From Bacteroidales bacterium (GTDB lineage: Bacteria > Bacteroidota > Bacteroidia > Bacteroidales > UBA1556), in assembly GCA_015493685.1 (NCBI GenBank), contig WGCS01000060.1:1-55300 (forward strand): a stretch of 55,300 nucleotides of DNA, in the 5' to 3' direction. A program made the position numbers and the translations under genes. Each line of letters opens with the position of its first letter. Position 1 is the first letter of the stretch. A model generated the notes under the pieces. The model was given only the letters and a program-made list of their open reading frames with translations, was not told the DNA's origin and did not search any database. Below are positions 1 to 11,379 of this stretch, piece after piece.

Positions 1-14
1 AGAAAATAATATCT

Positions 15-22
15 TACCTTTG
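15..22 (+). promoter_or_regulatory. Bacteroidota sigma-A -7 promoter element (TACCTTTG)
   Basis: Exact TAnnTTTG match 37 nt upstream of the ATG at 60. Confidence 0.6.
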
Positions 23-59
23 CACTTATTCAATAATACAGTAATAATAATACATATTT

Positions 60-1241
60 ATGCAGCTATTTTTCACAAAAAATAAGGTGATTATTTTCTC
101 ACTATATATTGTTTTAAGCACTTTTATGTTTTCTTGTTCTTCAAAAAAGCATCGTTCCTCAGCCGATATCACCATTAAGGTTCAACTCGACACTAACTAT
201 AATTCGTGGGTATATTTGCAACGTATAAGCCCCAATAGAACTTACACCATAGATTCGGCTTTTGTTAACAACGCCAGGTATTTCTCCCTAAAAACTAAAG
301 CTATACAATCTCCTGATATTTATGTTGTTAGATTTAGTCCAAAACAAGCCATAAGCTTAATACTATTTAAAGACCAATCCGTTAAAGTCCACATTAATAG
401 CCTTGGTAAGCCACTCAAATATACCCTATCAGCCTCACCGGATTCGCAATGGATGAAAGACATCAACAATCAGATCAACCGACATATCTACCAGTTTGAC
501 AGCATCTACAGCACCTATTCAAAGCTTAGCAATCAACAACGAAGAGTTTTGCGCAATGAAACCGATAGTTTATTACGCCACAATCAACTGCAATTATACC
601 GAGATTTAAAGCATCAGATAAAAAAACACCCAAGTTCACTCACTTCAATAATGGGCCTCTACAGTAACTTTGGCAATGCCCATATTTTAAACATAAAATA
701 TGATTTGAATATATTTAAAGAAGTTGCCGACTCATTAAAAGCTCTATATCCGACTAATACACACGTTAAAGCCCTAGAAGCCCAAGTACAAAAACAAGAA
801 ATTATTAAATCTACCATTAGCAAAAGGGAGGAATTACTGAGCGTGGGAAATCATTTTCCTAACCTCTGTTTTTATAGCTTAGCCGATTCCATATATTGCT
901 TAAAAGACTGCCATGCCAACTACAAACTAATCTATCTATGGCGTGCTCAAGACAAAAAATTTTGGGATATCAACCCACAACTTACAGCATTATATAAAAA
1001 ATACAATAGAGCCACATTTGAAGTTATTGCTATCTCTGCTGAGAAAGATAAACTCAGTTGGGCAAACTACTGTAGAATGGAACGATTTAAATGGATAAAT
1101 CTTATTATTGAACCACCGCAAATTCCACAAATAGACCCCGAAGAAGTATTCCCTCGACTTTATTTACTAGATAAAAATTTTACTATCTTAGCAAAGAATC
1201 CAGATATTAAAACCATAGAAACTATAATCAATAAACGATGA
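60..1241 (+). CDS. Lipoprotein with DUF4369-like N-terminus and C-terminal TlpA/thioredoxin-like domain lacking CxxC
   Basis: Lipobox MFSC. C-terminus follows the TlpA pattern (G..FPNL, LIYLW, FEVIAISAE..W, FPRLYLLDK..ILAKN), but the WxxWCxxC site reads WRAQDKKF. Confidence 0.6.
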   Translation: MQLFFTKNKVIIFSLYIVLSTFMFSCSSKKHRSSADITIKVQLDTNYNSWVYLQRISPNRTYTIDSAFVNNARYFSLKTKAIQSPDIYVVRFSPKQAISLILFKDQSVKVHINSLGKPLKYTLSASPDSQWMKDINNQINRHIYQFDSIYSTYSKLSNQQRRVLRNETDSLLRHNQLQLYRDLKHQIKKHPSSLTSIMGLYSNFGNAHILNIKYDLNIFKEVADSLKALYPTNTHVKALEAQVQKQEIIKSTISKREELLSVGNHFPNLCFYSLADSIYCLKDCHANYKLIYLWRAQDKKFWDINPQLTALYKKYNRATFEVIAISAEKDKLSWANYCRMERFKWINLIIEPPQIPQIDPEEVFPRLYLLDKNFTILAKNPDIKTIETIINKR

Positions 1242-4200
1242 ATTATTTCACCCTTTTTAAGTTGTCCATTATTATACTCCTGATAAATACAATGAGGCTT
1301 CCTTTACAAGCTCAAGAATCAAACTATTGGCAGCAAAAAGTAAACTATCATATCAATGTAAAGTTAATTGACAGTAGCAATACATTGCAAGCCCATATTA
1401 AAATCATCTATTACAACAACTCTCCCAACACACTGAATTTCATTTACATGCACCTATGGCCCAATGCCTATTCTGGTGATGGCACGGCACTTAGCAATGA
1501 TTTGTTAAAAAGAGGAAACGCTGACTTATATTATGCCACTGAAGATAAACTGGGCAATATTACTAATCTCGATTTCCGTTGCAATAAGCAAAAATTAAAT
1601 TGGTCTTTTGACCCAAAAAATCATGATATTGCAAAAATTATACTTCCCCAAGGCTTAAAGAGTGGTGATTCCATTGAAATAAGTACCCCTTTCAGAGTAA
1701 AGATTCCCTCAGCAGAGTTTTCGCGTTTAGGCCATAGTGGACAATCCTACCAGATAACCCAATGGTATCCTAAGCCAGCTGTATATGATGCAAAAGGATG
1801 GCATACAATGCCTTATCTTAATCAGGGTGAATTTTATTCGGAATATGGAAATTATGATGTTTATATTAGTCTTCCACAAAACTACCGAATATGGGCAACA
1901 GGCGATTTAATTGATGGCGAGAAAGAAAACCATTGGCTTGATTCCATTGCTGCCGCTACTGCCAAAATCAAGAAATTCCCAGAAGATTTATCCTTCCCTC
2001 CTTCCTCTATCAAGAGCAAAACCCTTCATTTTCATCAAGAGAAAGTACATGACTTTGCTTGGTTTGCCGATAAACGCTATTATGTTTTGAGAGGAAAGCT
2101 AAGCTTAGCAAATGGGCATAGCGTACGAACCCAAAGTATGTTTACCAATGAAGATGCTTTTTTGTGGACCAAAAGTATCGACTATATTGATAGTGCAACA
2201 TCATACTACTCTCAGAGAGTAGGAAATTACCCCTACCATTGGGTAACAGCAGTGCAAGGCACTTTAAGTGCCGGTGCAGGCATGGAATACCCCAATATAA
2301 CAATCATCGGACAAGCCGAATCAAGTACAGATTTAGAAGAAGTTATATTGCATGAAGTTGGCCATAATTGGTTTTATGGCCTATTGGGTTTCAATGAGCG
2401 AGATTATCCTTGGATGGATGAAGGTATTAATACTTTTTATCAAACCGAATATATGAATCACTATTATCCACATTTAAACCTATCACAAAAATATTTTCAC
2501 AAAAACATAAGTATTTTAGGACTCGACAAACTTACCGATCTTGATGAGATGTATTATACAAATCGTTTTATGGCTTCCTATAATTTGGATCAAGCATGCA
2601 ACCTGACATCGTCAAAATATACTACTGCCAATTACGGCATCATTATTTACGAGAAAGTACCCCTATTGTTTAAGTATCTACAATCTTACCTTGGTAAAGA
2701 AAATTTCGATACTATTATGCATGGATTTTATCAAAAATGGAAATACAAACATCCTCAACCTGAGGATATTAAAAGCTATTTTGAAGCAAAGAGCAAAAAA
2801 AATCTATCTTGGTTCTTTGATGGTTTATTGGTAAGTAAAGAACGCACCAATTATAAAATTTGCAAAGCCAAAGAAAAGGAGGGCTGTATAAGTCTGAAAA
2901 TAAAAAACAAAGGGAATAATAACAGCCCCGTATTCATCAAAACACGTAACAGCATAGGAAAGATTAATTCTACACAATGGATAGATGGATTCTCAGGCAC
3001 AAAAACCATCACCTTAAAAGCTAAAGATTATTCCCGAATTGGAATTAACGAAGCTCCCTATCTGCTCGATTATGATCAGGGCAATAACTATTATTACCCC
3101 AAGAAAATCTTTAAAAAGCGGAAAATCCTAAAATTTAAGTTTATCAGCAGTATTCCCAAGGAAGAACAATCAATAGTTTACTATACTCCGGTAATGGGCT
3201 GGAACTTATATAATAAATTTATGTTTGGTGTTCTTCTGTACAACCATTCTATTTTTGAAAAGAAATGGGAATATGAACTTATGCCGCTATATTCCACACG
3301 TACCAAAGACTGGAATGGATCTGCTGCTATTAGGCACAACTTTTATACCTCCGGAGGAATACGAAGAATAAGTCTTGGAATATCTGCAAAGAGATACCAC
3401 TACGACATTGGTCATTTCGAGAATTCATTTCAACGAATAGTTCCCGGTATAAAGCTCTATTTTAAAAATCCTGATGGGAATACAAGCATCAAAAATCAGA
3501 TGCAATTTCGCGTAGTAATAATAGATAAACAATTTGACCACTACGAATATCAACCTTCATTATCAAATTACACAATAAAACAAGCAACACAATATTATAC
3601 AGTTTATAATTTTAATTACACCCACGAAAACAAACGTATAATAACGCCCTATAAATTTCGCTATAATTTAGAATTCAACAAAGAAATAGTAAAAATGGAC
3701 TTCCGCACGGAGGTAAGTGTCAATTATTTTGCGCCAAAAAAATACTTGGAAATTGGTTTCTTTGGCGGCTATATGCTTAAGTATCCTAAAAATCCACAGG
3801 TGGACTATTCCTATAAAATGAGCTCATGGTCCGGCAGCGAAGACTACCTATACGATTATATTTTCCTAGGCCGGTCAGCGCGTAATGGCCTATTGGGAAA
3901 TCAAATGGTACAACGTGACGGTGGATTTTACATCCCTTCAGCTCTTGGCCGTAGCTGGGGGTTTCTAGGTTCGATAAATCTACGTTCCAGCTTACCCTTT
4001 ACTAATTTTATCAAAATATATTTTAACGCCGGAGTTTCTGTCAACCCAACATCACTACAAGTTCAGGATTCCAAAAGTCCACTCTACGAAGGCGGAGTAA
4101 TTTTGTCAATTATCAACAAAGATTTAGAAATCTATTTCCCCGTATTACTTGATGCAAAAACGAAGAACTATCTCGCGTTAAATAACATTTCTTATGTTAA

Positions 4201-4270
4201 TACGATTAGATTTACCATGCGATTGAATTTACTTAATCCATTTAAAGCATTAAAAGAACTACATTTGTAA
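1238..4270 (+). CDS. Secreted M1-family zinc aminopeptidase with long C-terminal extension
   Basis: Signal peptide, YWQQ.V.Y.I start, GAGMEYP, HEVGH followed by WMDEG. ATGA overlap with the upstream gene. Confidence 0.85.
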   Translation: MNYFTLFKLSIIILLINTMRLPLQAQESNYWQQKVNYHINVKLIDSSNTLQAHIKIIYYNNSPNTLNFIYMHLWPNAYSGDGTALSNDLLKRGNADLYYATEDKLGNITNLDFRCNKQKLNWSFDPKNHDIAKIILPQGLKSGDSIEISTPFRVKIPSAEFSRLGHSGQSYQITQWYPKPAVYDAKGWHTMPYLNQGEFYSEYGNYDVYISLPQNYRIWATGDLIDGEKENHWLDSIAAATAKIKKFPEDLSFPPSSIKSKTLHFHQEKVHDFAWFADKRYYVLRGKLSLANGHSVRTQSMFTNEDAFLWTKSIDYIDSATSYYSQRVGNYPYHWVTAVQGTLSAGAGMEYPNITIIGQAESSTDLEEVILHEVGHNWFYGLLGFNERDYPWMDEGINTFYQTEYMNHYYPHLNLSQKYFHKNISILGLDKLTDLDEMYYTNRFMASYNLDQACNLTSSKYTTANYGIIIYEKVPLLFKYLQSYLGKENFDTIMHGFYQKWKYKHPQPEDIKSYFEAKSKKNLSWFFDGLLVSKERTNYKICKAKEKEGCISLKIKNKGNNNSPVFIKTRNSIGKINSTQWIDGFSGTKTITLKAKDYSRIGINEAPYLLDYDQGNNYYYPKKIFKKRKILKFKFISSIPKEEQSIVYYTPVMGWNLYNKFMFGVLLYNHSIFEKKWEYELMPLYSTRTKDWNGSAAIRHNFYTSGGIRRISLGISAKRYHYDIGHFENSFQRIVPGIKLYFKNPDGNTSIKNQMQFRVVIIDKQFDHYEYQPSLSNYTIKQATQYYTVYNFNYTHENKRIITPYKFRYNLEFNKEIVKMDFRTEVSVNYFAPKKYLEIGFFGGYMLKYPKNPQVDYSYKMSSWSGSEDYLYDYIFLGRSARNGLLGNQMVQRDGGFYIPSALGRSWGFLGSINLRSSLPFTNFIKIYFNAGVSVNPTSLQVQDSKSPLYEGGVILSIINKDLEIYFPVLLDAKTKNYLALNNISYVNTIRFTMRLNLLNPFKALKELHL

Positions 4271-4275
4271 CCAAT

Positions 4276-5028
4276 ATGAAGACAAACAATCACCTCTATT
4301 TTATCTCCGATGTTCACTTGGGAGTACCCACCTACGAAGACAGCTTAGCACGAGAAAAAAGACTTGTTAGTTTTTTACAAAGCATTGAAGATAAGGCTAG
4401 TGACCTATTTATCCTCGGCGATTTATTCGATATGTGGTTTGAATATAAGCAGGTGATTCCCCGTGGGTACGTACGTCTGTTAGGCCAGTTAGCTCGTATG
4501 AGTGATGCCGGTATTAAACTCCATTATTTTGCTGGAAATCACGATATGTGGATCTTTGATTATTTTGAGAAAGAGATAGGAGCAATAATATACCGACATC
4601 CCCAATCATTTCTCTTTAACAATAAACGGTTTTATCTTGGTCATGGTGATGGATTAGGCCCCGGAGATAAGAGTTATAAATTTATTAAACGAATTTTTGC
4701 CGGCAAATTAAACCAATGGATGTTTGCCCGTTTACATCCTAATTTTGCTTTAGGATTAGCCAACAAACTATCTAGCCGAAGCCGAGCAGCTAACGGAAAT
4801 TTTGAAGAAGAAAGCGCTGATATTGAAGCTGAATTTTTGGTCCGATATTGCAAAAAACTACTTACAAAAGAACATTATGATTATTTTATTTTTGGGCATC
4901 GACATATTGCCATTGATTACAATTTAGGTAATAAATCTCGCTATATTAATTTAGGAGAATGGGTAAAAAATCCACATTATGCCTATTTTGATGGAGAAAC
5001 ACTAAAATTGATAAAATATAAGAAATAA
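4276..5028 (+). CDS. lpxH: UDP-2,3-diacylglucosamine diphosphatase
   Basis: Metallophosphoesterase motifs SDVHLG, LGDLFD.W, GNHD, HGDG, FGHRH, NLGEW. Confidence 0.85.
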   Translation: MKTNNHLYFISDVHLGVPTYEDSLAREKRLVSFLQSIEDKASDLFILGDLFDMWFEYKQVIPRGYVRLLGQLARMSDAGIKLHYFAGNHDMWIFDYFEKEIGAIIYRHPQSFLFNNKRFYLGHGDGLGPGDKSYKFIKRIFAGKLNQWMFARLHPNFALGLANKLSSRSRAANGNFEEESADIEAEFLVRYCKKLLTKEHYDYFIFGHRHIAIDYNLGNKSRYINLGEWVKNPHYAYFDGETLKLIKYKK

Positions 5029-5068
5029 ATTAATCAGAGAAAGAAAACCTCTGCTGCCGATTGATACC

Positions 5069-5446
5069 TTAATTGAGTATTGTAGATTGAAAATCAACAA
5101 TTGCTTTTTCAATTTCTTTATTCATATTATCATGTCCTTTAGAAACATAAGATAATATGCCCAATTTTTTAGCCTCAAGAATAATATTCTCTTTATCTTG
5201 AGCCGATACCATAATTACTTCAGTATGCGGAGAATTCTTTTTCACCCGAAGCAATACTTCTATCCCTGTCAGATCTCCCAGATTATAATCCAAGAAAATC
5301 AAATCAGGTTTAAGGTTGATTTCGTTCAAAAATTCAACTCCTGAATGGTAGGTATATACTTGCTTAAATCCGCGTAAAATCAACTTGCGTTTCATTAATT
5401 CTGCAAACATTGCATCATCATCAACGATAAAAATAATAGAGTCCAT
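5069..5446 (-). CDS. Single-domain response regulator (receiver only)
   Basis: IFIVDDD, LIFLDYNL (phospho-Asp), MVSA, YVSK. 125 aa with no output domain. Confidence 0.85.
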   Translation of the reverse strand: MDSIIFIVDDDAMFAELMKRKLILRGFKQVYTYHSGVEFLNEINLKPDLIFLDYNLGDLTGIEVLLRVKKNSPHTEVIMVSAQDKENIILEAKKLGILSYVSKGHDNMNKEIEKAIVDFQSTILN

Positions 5447-5480
5447 AAATATCCGACATAAATATTAAGAATAACACTTA

Positions 5481-5496
5481 ATAAATTCTATGCCAA
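5481..5496 (-). promoter_or_regulatory. Possible sigma54 -24/-12 promoter (TTGGCATAGAATTTAT)
   Basis: TGGCAT -24 box with TT at the right spacing; -12 GC is degenerate. About 35 nt upstream of the receiver gene and next to a bEBP gene. Confidence 0.35.
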
Positions 5497-5652
5497 AATA
5501 CATATATAGCTCATTTATCGACTATTATGACTTTTCACCTACCCTCAAATTTTCCCAGAAAAAAACATTATTTCTAAAATTTGGAAAGTGCGCATATTTT
5601 AATTACTTTTGTAAGGCTTATTAAACCTTTGCTCAACCTTATCTATTCGCTT

Positions 5653-6999
5653 ATGAATTCCTATAAAATATTTGTTGTTGAAGACGACCCAATCTATGCT
5701 CGAGTACTCAGTTATCATTTATCTCAAAATCCTGATTATGATATAGAAACTTTTGAATCAGGGAAAGAATGCATAAACAATTTATATAAGAATCCTGATT
5801 TAATCACTTTAGATTACAGCTTACCTGACCTCTCCGGCTTGGAAACCTTAAATAAAATTATGGAATTCAATAAGGAACTTCCTGTAATTATTATTTCCGG
5901 ACAAAATGATATAAATACAGCTGTAAGCCTACTAAAAGAAGGGGCATACGATTATATTGTAAAAGATGAAGAAACAAAAAGCAGGTTATGGAATACCGTA
6001 AAGAATATTCGTGAGCATATTAATTTAAAACGAGAAGTAGAAACTTTACGTAAAGAGGTAGGCAAGAAATATACTTTTACCAAAGGAATTATAGGCAACA
6101 GCAAAGAGATGAAGCGCATATTTCGTATTATGGAAAAGGCTGTTAAAACGAATATCACTGTATCCATCACCGGAGAAACAGGAACCGGTAAAGAAGTTGT
6201 CGCCAAAGCCATCCATTATAATTCCGCCAAGGCAAAAATGCCTTTTGTTGTCATAAATGTGTCAGCAATACCTGAAGACCTTATTGAGAGTGAAATGTTT
6301 GGCCATGAAAAGGGAGCTTTTACAGGTGCTGACAGAAGACGCATTGGAAAATTTGAGCAAGCCAATGGAGGCACACTATTTCTTGATGAGATTGCTGAGA
6401 TGTCGCTCCCTATGCAAGCTAAACTTCTGCGTGTAATTCAAGAGAGAGAACTTACTCGCATTGGCGGAAACGAAACGATAAAGTTCACTATTAGAATAAT
6501 TATTGCCACACACAGAAATCTTTTGGATGAAGTAAAAAAAGGTAACTTCAGAGAAGATTTGTACTACCGTTTATTGGGATTGCCCATTGAGTTACCCCCA
6601 CTGCGAGAGCGAGGTAATGATATTATCCTTTTAGCCCGATATTTTGTAAAATCATTCTGTCAAGAAAACCAAATGCCGGACATGAAACTAACGTTGAAGG
6701 CTCAAGAAAAACTCCTTAGCTATCCTTTTCCCGGTAATGTTAGAGAATTAAAAGCCGTCGTTGAATTGGCATCAGTAATGGCTATTGACAATAATATTGA
6801 TGAGGACGATATTAGTTTTCACAAAATTAATGAAATGAGTGAACTCTTATCTAAAGAGATGACATTGGATGAATATACAGCCAAAATAGTTAGCGCCTAT
6901 CTCACCAAATACGATAATAATATTACCGAAGTTGCCAAAAAATTGGCCATTGGAAAATCCACTATTTATCGAATGAAGAAACAAGGGATAATAAAGTAA
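5653..6999 (+). CDS. Sigma54-dependent NtrC/AtoC-family response regulator (REC-AAA+-Fis HTH)
   Basis: VVEDD receiver, GETGTGKE, intact [30 protein letters not shown]-terminal HTH. Start moved to ATG 5653 because TACTTTTG at 5604-5611 lies inside the longer TTG-start ORF. Confidence 0.9.
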   Translation: MNSYKIFVVEDDPIYARVLSYHLSQNPDYDIETFESGKECINNLYKNPDLITLDYSLPDLSGLETLNKIMEFNKELPVIIISGQNDINTAVSLLKEGAYDYIVKDEETKSRLWNTVKNIREHINLKREVETLRKEVGKKYTFTKGIIGNSKEMKRIFRIMEKAVKTNITVSITGETGTGKEVVAKAIHYNSAKAKMPFVVINVSAIPEDLIESEMFGHEKGAFTGADRRRIGKFEQANGGTLFLDEIAEMSLPMQAKLLRVIQERELTRIGGNETIKFTIRIIIATHRNLLDEVKKGNFREDLYYRLLGLPIELPPLRERGNDIILLARYFVKSFCQENQMPDMKLTLKAQEKLLSYPFPGNVRELKAVVELASVMAIDNNIDEDDISFHKINEMSELLSKEMTLDEYTAKIVSAYLTKYDNNITEVAKKLAIGKSTIYRMKKQGIIK

Positions 7000-7071
7000 T
7001 ATTCTTATCCCTTATCTTTTCCAAATCCACACCAATGAGGCAATAGTTTGTTGTATAATCCATACAACAAA

Positions 7072-9837
7072 CTATCCTACAACAATATTAACAATTCTTT
7101 TGGGTACAACAATTACTTTACGGATGGTTTTTCCTTGAAGCCATTTTTGAGATTCTTCTGCCTTAAGGACAGCCTTTTCCACCTCTTCTTTTGACAAATC
7201 AATGGGAAGATTTAGCTTAAAGCGCATTTTCCCATTGAAAGAAACAGGATAAGAGAAGTCATTTTCTTTAACAAAGTCGGCATTAAAGACAGGAAATTCG
7301 GCTAAAGTAATACTCTGCTCATGCCCCATTAAAGACCATAGTTCTTCAGCAATATGAGGAGCATAGGGCGCAATAAGAATGCTGAAAGGCTCTAAAATTG
7401 CTCGCTTATTGCATTTCAAATCAGAAAGTTCGTTCACAGCAATCATAAAAGCACTTACTCCCGTATTGAAACTAAACCTCTCGATATCATTTTCAATCTT
7501 AGCAATGGTTTTATGAAGAACTTTAAGCTCAGCCGCCGTTGCTTTTTCATCACTTAATACAAAGTCATTATCCTTATTATGAAACAGCTTCCAGAATTTA
7601 CGCATAAAGCGGTAAACTCCTTCAATACCTTTAGTATCCCAAGGTTTAGATTGTTCGATAGGTCCAAGGAACATTTCGTAAAGGCGAAGTGTATCCGCAC
7701 CATATTTTTCAATTAATTCATCGGGATTCTGTACATTATAAAGACTCTTTGACATTTTTTCTACCTCATGTCCACAGATATACTTTCCCTCTTCAAGAAT
7801 AAATTCTGCTTCAGCAAAGTCCGGCTGCCACTTTTTAAAAGCTTCTATATCAAGAATATCATTGTCAACAATATTAATATCGACATGAATACGCTGAGTG
7901 TCATACTTATTGCGCAGTCCAAAACTTACAAATTTACTCGTACCTTTAATTCTATATACAAAGCTGGATCGCCCTTGAATCATTCCTTGATTAATTAATT
8001 TTTTGAATGGCTCTTCCTTAACGACCATCCCCATATCATAAAGAAACTTATTCCAAAAGCGCGAATATATCAAATGGCCGGTAGCATGTTCGGCACCACC
8101 GATGTATAAATCTACATCCTGCCAATAGTTGATAGCCTGTGGCGAAAAGTACTGCTTGGAATTCTGTGGATCCATATAACGAAGATAATAACCACTAGAA
8201 CCTGCAAAACCCGGCATGGTATCTACTTCCAGAGGATATCCCTCTTTTGTCTTCCAGTTTTTAGCCCTTGCCAATGGCGGTTCTCCTTTTTCTGTAGGGA
8301 GATATTTATCCACAGCAGGCAGTTCCAAGGGCAGATCATTAATGGATAAAACATAAGGCATTCCTTCTTTATAATATACAGGAAAAGGTTCACCCCAATA
8401 ACGCTGGCGGGAGAATATCGCATCACGAAGTCTAAAATTAATTTTCTTTTCTCCTATTCCAAGTTTAGTGATTTTCAGGATGGCAGCACCGATGGCTTTT
8501 TTTACACTAAGGCCATTTAAGAAAGCTGAATTCATAAGTACACCTTCTTTGGCATCGTAGGACTCCTCGGAGATATCTCCTCCGGAAACAACTTGAATAA
8601 TTGGAATATCAAACTTTTTGGCAAAAGCATAATCTCTATTATCGTGAGCAGGGACAGCCATAATAGCACCGGTGCCATAACCCATAAGTACATAATCGGC
8701 AATCCAAATTGGAATTTTCTCTCCTGAAAATGGATGAATGGCATAAGAGCCGGTAAATACACCGGTAACTTTCTTTACTTCTGTCATCCGTTCTCTTTCA
8801 GTACGCGATTTTGCCCATTTCACATAAGCTTCAACTTCTTGTTGTTGCTTATCGATGGTTAATTTATTCACCCAATCATGTTCCGGAGCTATTACCATAA
8901 AGGTAGCGCCATACAAGGTATCCGGTCGAGTGGTAAACACTTCCAAAGAATCGTTATACTTTTCTAATTTAAAAAACACCTTAGCCCCTACCGATTTACC
9001 AATCCAATTGCGTTGCATTTCTTTTAAAGAATCACTCCAATCAACTTGGTCCAAACCATCGAGCAAACGCTGCGCATAAGCCGTAACTCGCAAGCTCCAC
9101 TGTTTCATCACCTTGCGCTCAACAGGATATCCACCACGTACCGAAAGCCCATCTTTTACTTCATCATTGGCAAGTACTGTTCCCAAGGCGGGGCACCAGT
9201 TTACAGCAGTATTACTTTGATAGGCCAAACGATAATTCATCAAAATCTCTTGCTGCTGATATTTATCCATTGCTTTCCACTCCTCAGCAGTAAAATTTTT
9301 CACTTCACCGCAAGCTGCATCTACCTTTTTACTTCCATTGAGCTTAAATATCTGCTCCAACATTGATATGGATTCTGCTTTTTTGCTTCCATTACTATAC
9401 CACGATGAAAAGAGTTTAGTAAAAACCCACTGTGTCCATTTATAGTAATTTGGATCGGAGGTGCGTACCTCTCTATTCCAATCAAAAGAGAAGCCAATCT
9501 TCCCCAATTGTTCTTTATACCGTTTAATATTTACCTCTGTGGTAATGGCAGGATGTTGTCCTGTTTTGATGGCATACTGTTCTGCAGGCAATCCATAAGC
9601 ATCAAAGCCCATGGGATGCAATACATTAAAACCTTTGTGACGTTTGTAACGGGAATAGATATCAGAAGCTATATAGCCCAAGGGATGCCCCACATGAAGT
9701 CCTGCCCCCGAAGGATAAGGAAACATATCCAAAACATAATATTTAGGTTTGCTTTCATCTATTTCTACCCGATAAGTTTGTTGCTTTGTCCAATAGTTTT
9801 GCCACTTTTGCTCTATCACCTGAAAATTGTATTCCAT
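7072..9837 (-). CDS. leuS: Leucine--tRNA ligase
   Basis: [44 protein letters not shown]. Confidence 0.98.
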   Translation of the reverse strand: MEYNFQVIEQKWQNYWTKQQTYRVEIDESKPKYYVLDMFPYPSGAGLHVGHPLGYIASDIYSRYKRHKGFNVLHPMGFDAYGLPAEQYAIKTGQHPAITTEVNIKRYKEQLGKIGFSFDWNREVRTSDPNYYKWTQWVFTKLFSSWYSNGSKKAESISMLEQIFKLNGSKKVDAACGEVKNFTAEEWKAMDKYQQQEILMNYRLAYQSNTAVNWCPALGTVLANDEVKDGLSVRGGYPVERKVMKQWSLRVTAYAQRLLDGLDQVDWSDSLKEMQRNWIGKSVGAKVFFKLEKYNDSLEVFTTRPDTLYGATFMVIAPEHDWVNKLTIDKQQQEVEAYVKWAKSRTERERMTEVKKVTGVFTGSYAIHPFSGEKIPIWIADYVLMGYGTGAIMAVPAHDNRDYAFAKKFDIPIIQVVSGGDISEESYDAKEGVLMNSAFLNGLSVKKAIGAAILKITKLGIGEKKINFRLRDAIFSRQRYWGEPFPVYYKEGMPYVLSINDLPLELPAVDKYLPTEKGEPPLARAKNWKTKEGYPLEVDTMPGFAGSSGYYLRYMDPQNSKQYFSPQAINYWQDVDLYIGGAEHATGHLIYSRFWNKFLYDMGMVVKEEPFKKLINQGMIQGRSSFVYRIKGTSKFVSFGLRNKYDTQRIHVDINIVDNDILDIEAFKKWQPDFAEAEFILEEGKYICGHEVEKMSKSLYNVQNPDELIEKYGADTLRLYEMFLGPIEQSKPWDTKGIEGVYRFMRKFWKLFHNKDNDFVLSDEKATAAELKVLHKTIAKIENDIERFSFNTGVSAFMIAVNELSDLKCNKRAILEPFSILIAPYAPHIAEELWSLMGHEQSITLAEFPVFNADFVKENDFSYPVSFNGKMRFKLNLPIDLSKEEVEKAVLKAEESQKWLQGKTIRKVIVVPKRIVNIVVG

Positions 9838-9944
9838 ATTGTAATGCTTTTTTAAAAATCAAGGGGCGAAATTAAGAAAAATTGATAATGATATTGTATA
9901 ATAAATAAGGCAGAATAGACAAAAAGGAGGCAAAAAAATATCAG

Positions 9945-10105
9945 AGCACCTAAGCTTATTAGCTTCCTTATGTCTGCAGGTCCCTTTCTACCACAAGCTC
10001 CAAGGTTACGCCGATAGTGAAAGGGCTAAACTTCCATTGTTCATTCGTAAAGAAAAACAGATTCGGAAACAGGGAAACAACGCTAAAGATAGCAGAACCG
10101 GAGTC
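9945..10105 (-). ncRNA. Candidate structured RNA (multi-stem), family unassigned
   Basis: Nested complementary segments in a GC-richer intergenic stretch: 9982-9988/10019-10025, 9959-9963/10082-10086, 9964-9967/10073-10076, 9971-9975/10067-10071. Mismatches become G-U pairs on the minus strand. Confidence 0.4.
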
Positions 10106-10106
10106 G

Positions 10107-10742
10107 TTATTTTATGGTTTTCACTAAATAATAATGATGCAAACTATAGGTTTTTACAAGCCCAGTACGCGGGTAATCTTGCCATAAAATTAGGCCAACA
10201 TTGGGAGCATAATAGGTATGACTCTTCGTTGAAAGATTTAAAAATGGCAAAAACCTTATTGACTCGGCATCGAGGGAAAAGTAAGAACCTTGTAAACAGC
10301 TGATTTTATTTAATGGTTTCTTCATGACACGATAAGTAACAGACAAAACATTCCCTGTTGAAGTTTTAGTTACCGACCTATGTAAAGTATCATCGATTGC
10401 ATTGGCATTAAAAAACCGTTCCCCTTTTTCATCAATATAATAGTGGGCAGAATCGCGTAAATATTGAACATAAGAAGAGGAATAACCCGATTTAAAGACA
10501 AAAAATTTATCACCATGAATAAGAGTATCTGCTGCGATATATGTACTATCATAGCCAATAAAACTACTATTCCCAGCTGTATCAACATTAGAAACATTAT
10601 ACACCCAATAATTACCAACAGACAAGGGAATATATGAATCAGCCTCACCAATGGTTTTGTCAATACTCACCTCTTTCTGTTTCTTACAGGCCATAGTTGT
10701 TGCCAGCAGAACTATTAAGGCAAAAATTATCTGTTTCATCAC
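10107..10742 (-). CDS. Hypothetical beta-rich lipoprotein
   Basis: Lipobox TMAC, YIPLSVGNYWVY N-terminal motif, YYAPNVGLI C-terminal motif. Confidence 0.7.
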   Translation of the reverse strand: MMKQIIFALIVLLATTMACKKQKEVSIDKTIGEADSYIPLSVGNYWVYNVSNVDTAGNSSFIGYDSTYIAADTLIHGDKFFVFKSGYSSSYVQYLRDSAHYYIDEKGERFFNANAIDDTLHRSVTKTSTGNVLSVTYRVMKKPLNKISCLQGSYFSLDAESIRFLPFLNLSTKSHTYYAPNVGLILWQDYPRTGLVKTYSLHHYYLVKTIK

Positions 10743-10761
10743 CTATTTTTTTAAACTAATA

Positions 10762-11379
10762 TTATTGTATTTTACTTAAACCATCCATTGCTGAGGCATC
10801 ATTAGGGCTTAGCCATAAAACCTTATTAAACAATATCTTAGCCTCTCTAAATCTTCCTAAATAATAGTTGTTCCAGGCCGTATTGAGTACTACATCATAA
10901 GTAAACGGATATTGATTAATCAATAACTTAAAATACGGTTCAGCAATCTCGTATTTGGTACGGCTCATATAAATCTGCCCTAATTTTAGATTAGCGGTAT
11001 AATTAGCTTTATCAATCTTAAGCACCTCCAAATAAGCATTAATTACTTGTTCCCAATTACCCATTGCCGCAGCAGGATAAGTAAGCCCCATAAGGGCTTC
11101 GATACTTAATGGTTTTAATGAAATACTTTTTTTATAATAACTCATACTCTCGGTATATTGACCGGCGAGATAACTAAGCCATGCCAAGCGTATATTAATA
11201 GCATACGAATCTTTTTGATACACCTTTTTTAAATCAATGACAGCGGCTGAATATTCGCCTTTATTTTCTTGCGTATAACTGTCTTTGAATGCCTCAGCAA
11301 TATTACTCTGCGCATTTAACGAAATGGTTACGATGCCGATAAAAAGAAGCATTAGTACTGATTTTTTTAAAATTTCCAT
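10762..11379 (-). CDS. Exported tetratricopeptide-repeat protein
   Basis: Signal peptide (LNA-Q) and successive TPR-like helices (LAWLSYLAGQYTESMSYY, LGQIYMSRTKYEIA, AWNNYYLGRFREA). Confidence 0.8.
   Translation of the reverse strand: MEILKKSVLMLLFIGIVTISLNAQSNIAEAFKDSYTQENKGEYSAAVIDLKKVYQKDSYAINIRLAWLSYLAGQYTESMSYYKKSISLKPLSIEALMGLTYPAAAMGNWEQVINAYLEVLKIDKANYTANLKLGQIYMSRTKYEIAEPYFKLLINQYPFTYDVVLNTAWNNYYLGRFREAKILFNKVLWLSPNDASAMDGLSKIQ

Noticed and set aside
9945-10105. T-box or cobalamin riboswitch upstream of leuS
   Set aside because: No T-box UGGNACC antiterminator bulge or B12-box pattern found, so it is kept only as an unassigned structured RNA
10037-10303. 88-aa plus-strand ORF
   Set aside because: Antisense to the lipoprotein gene and the structured region, TTG start, no motifs
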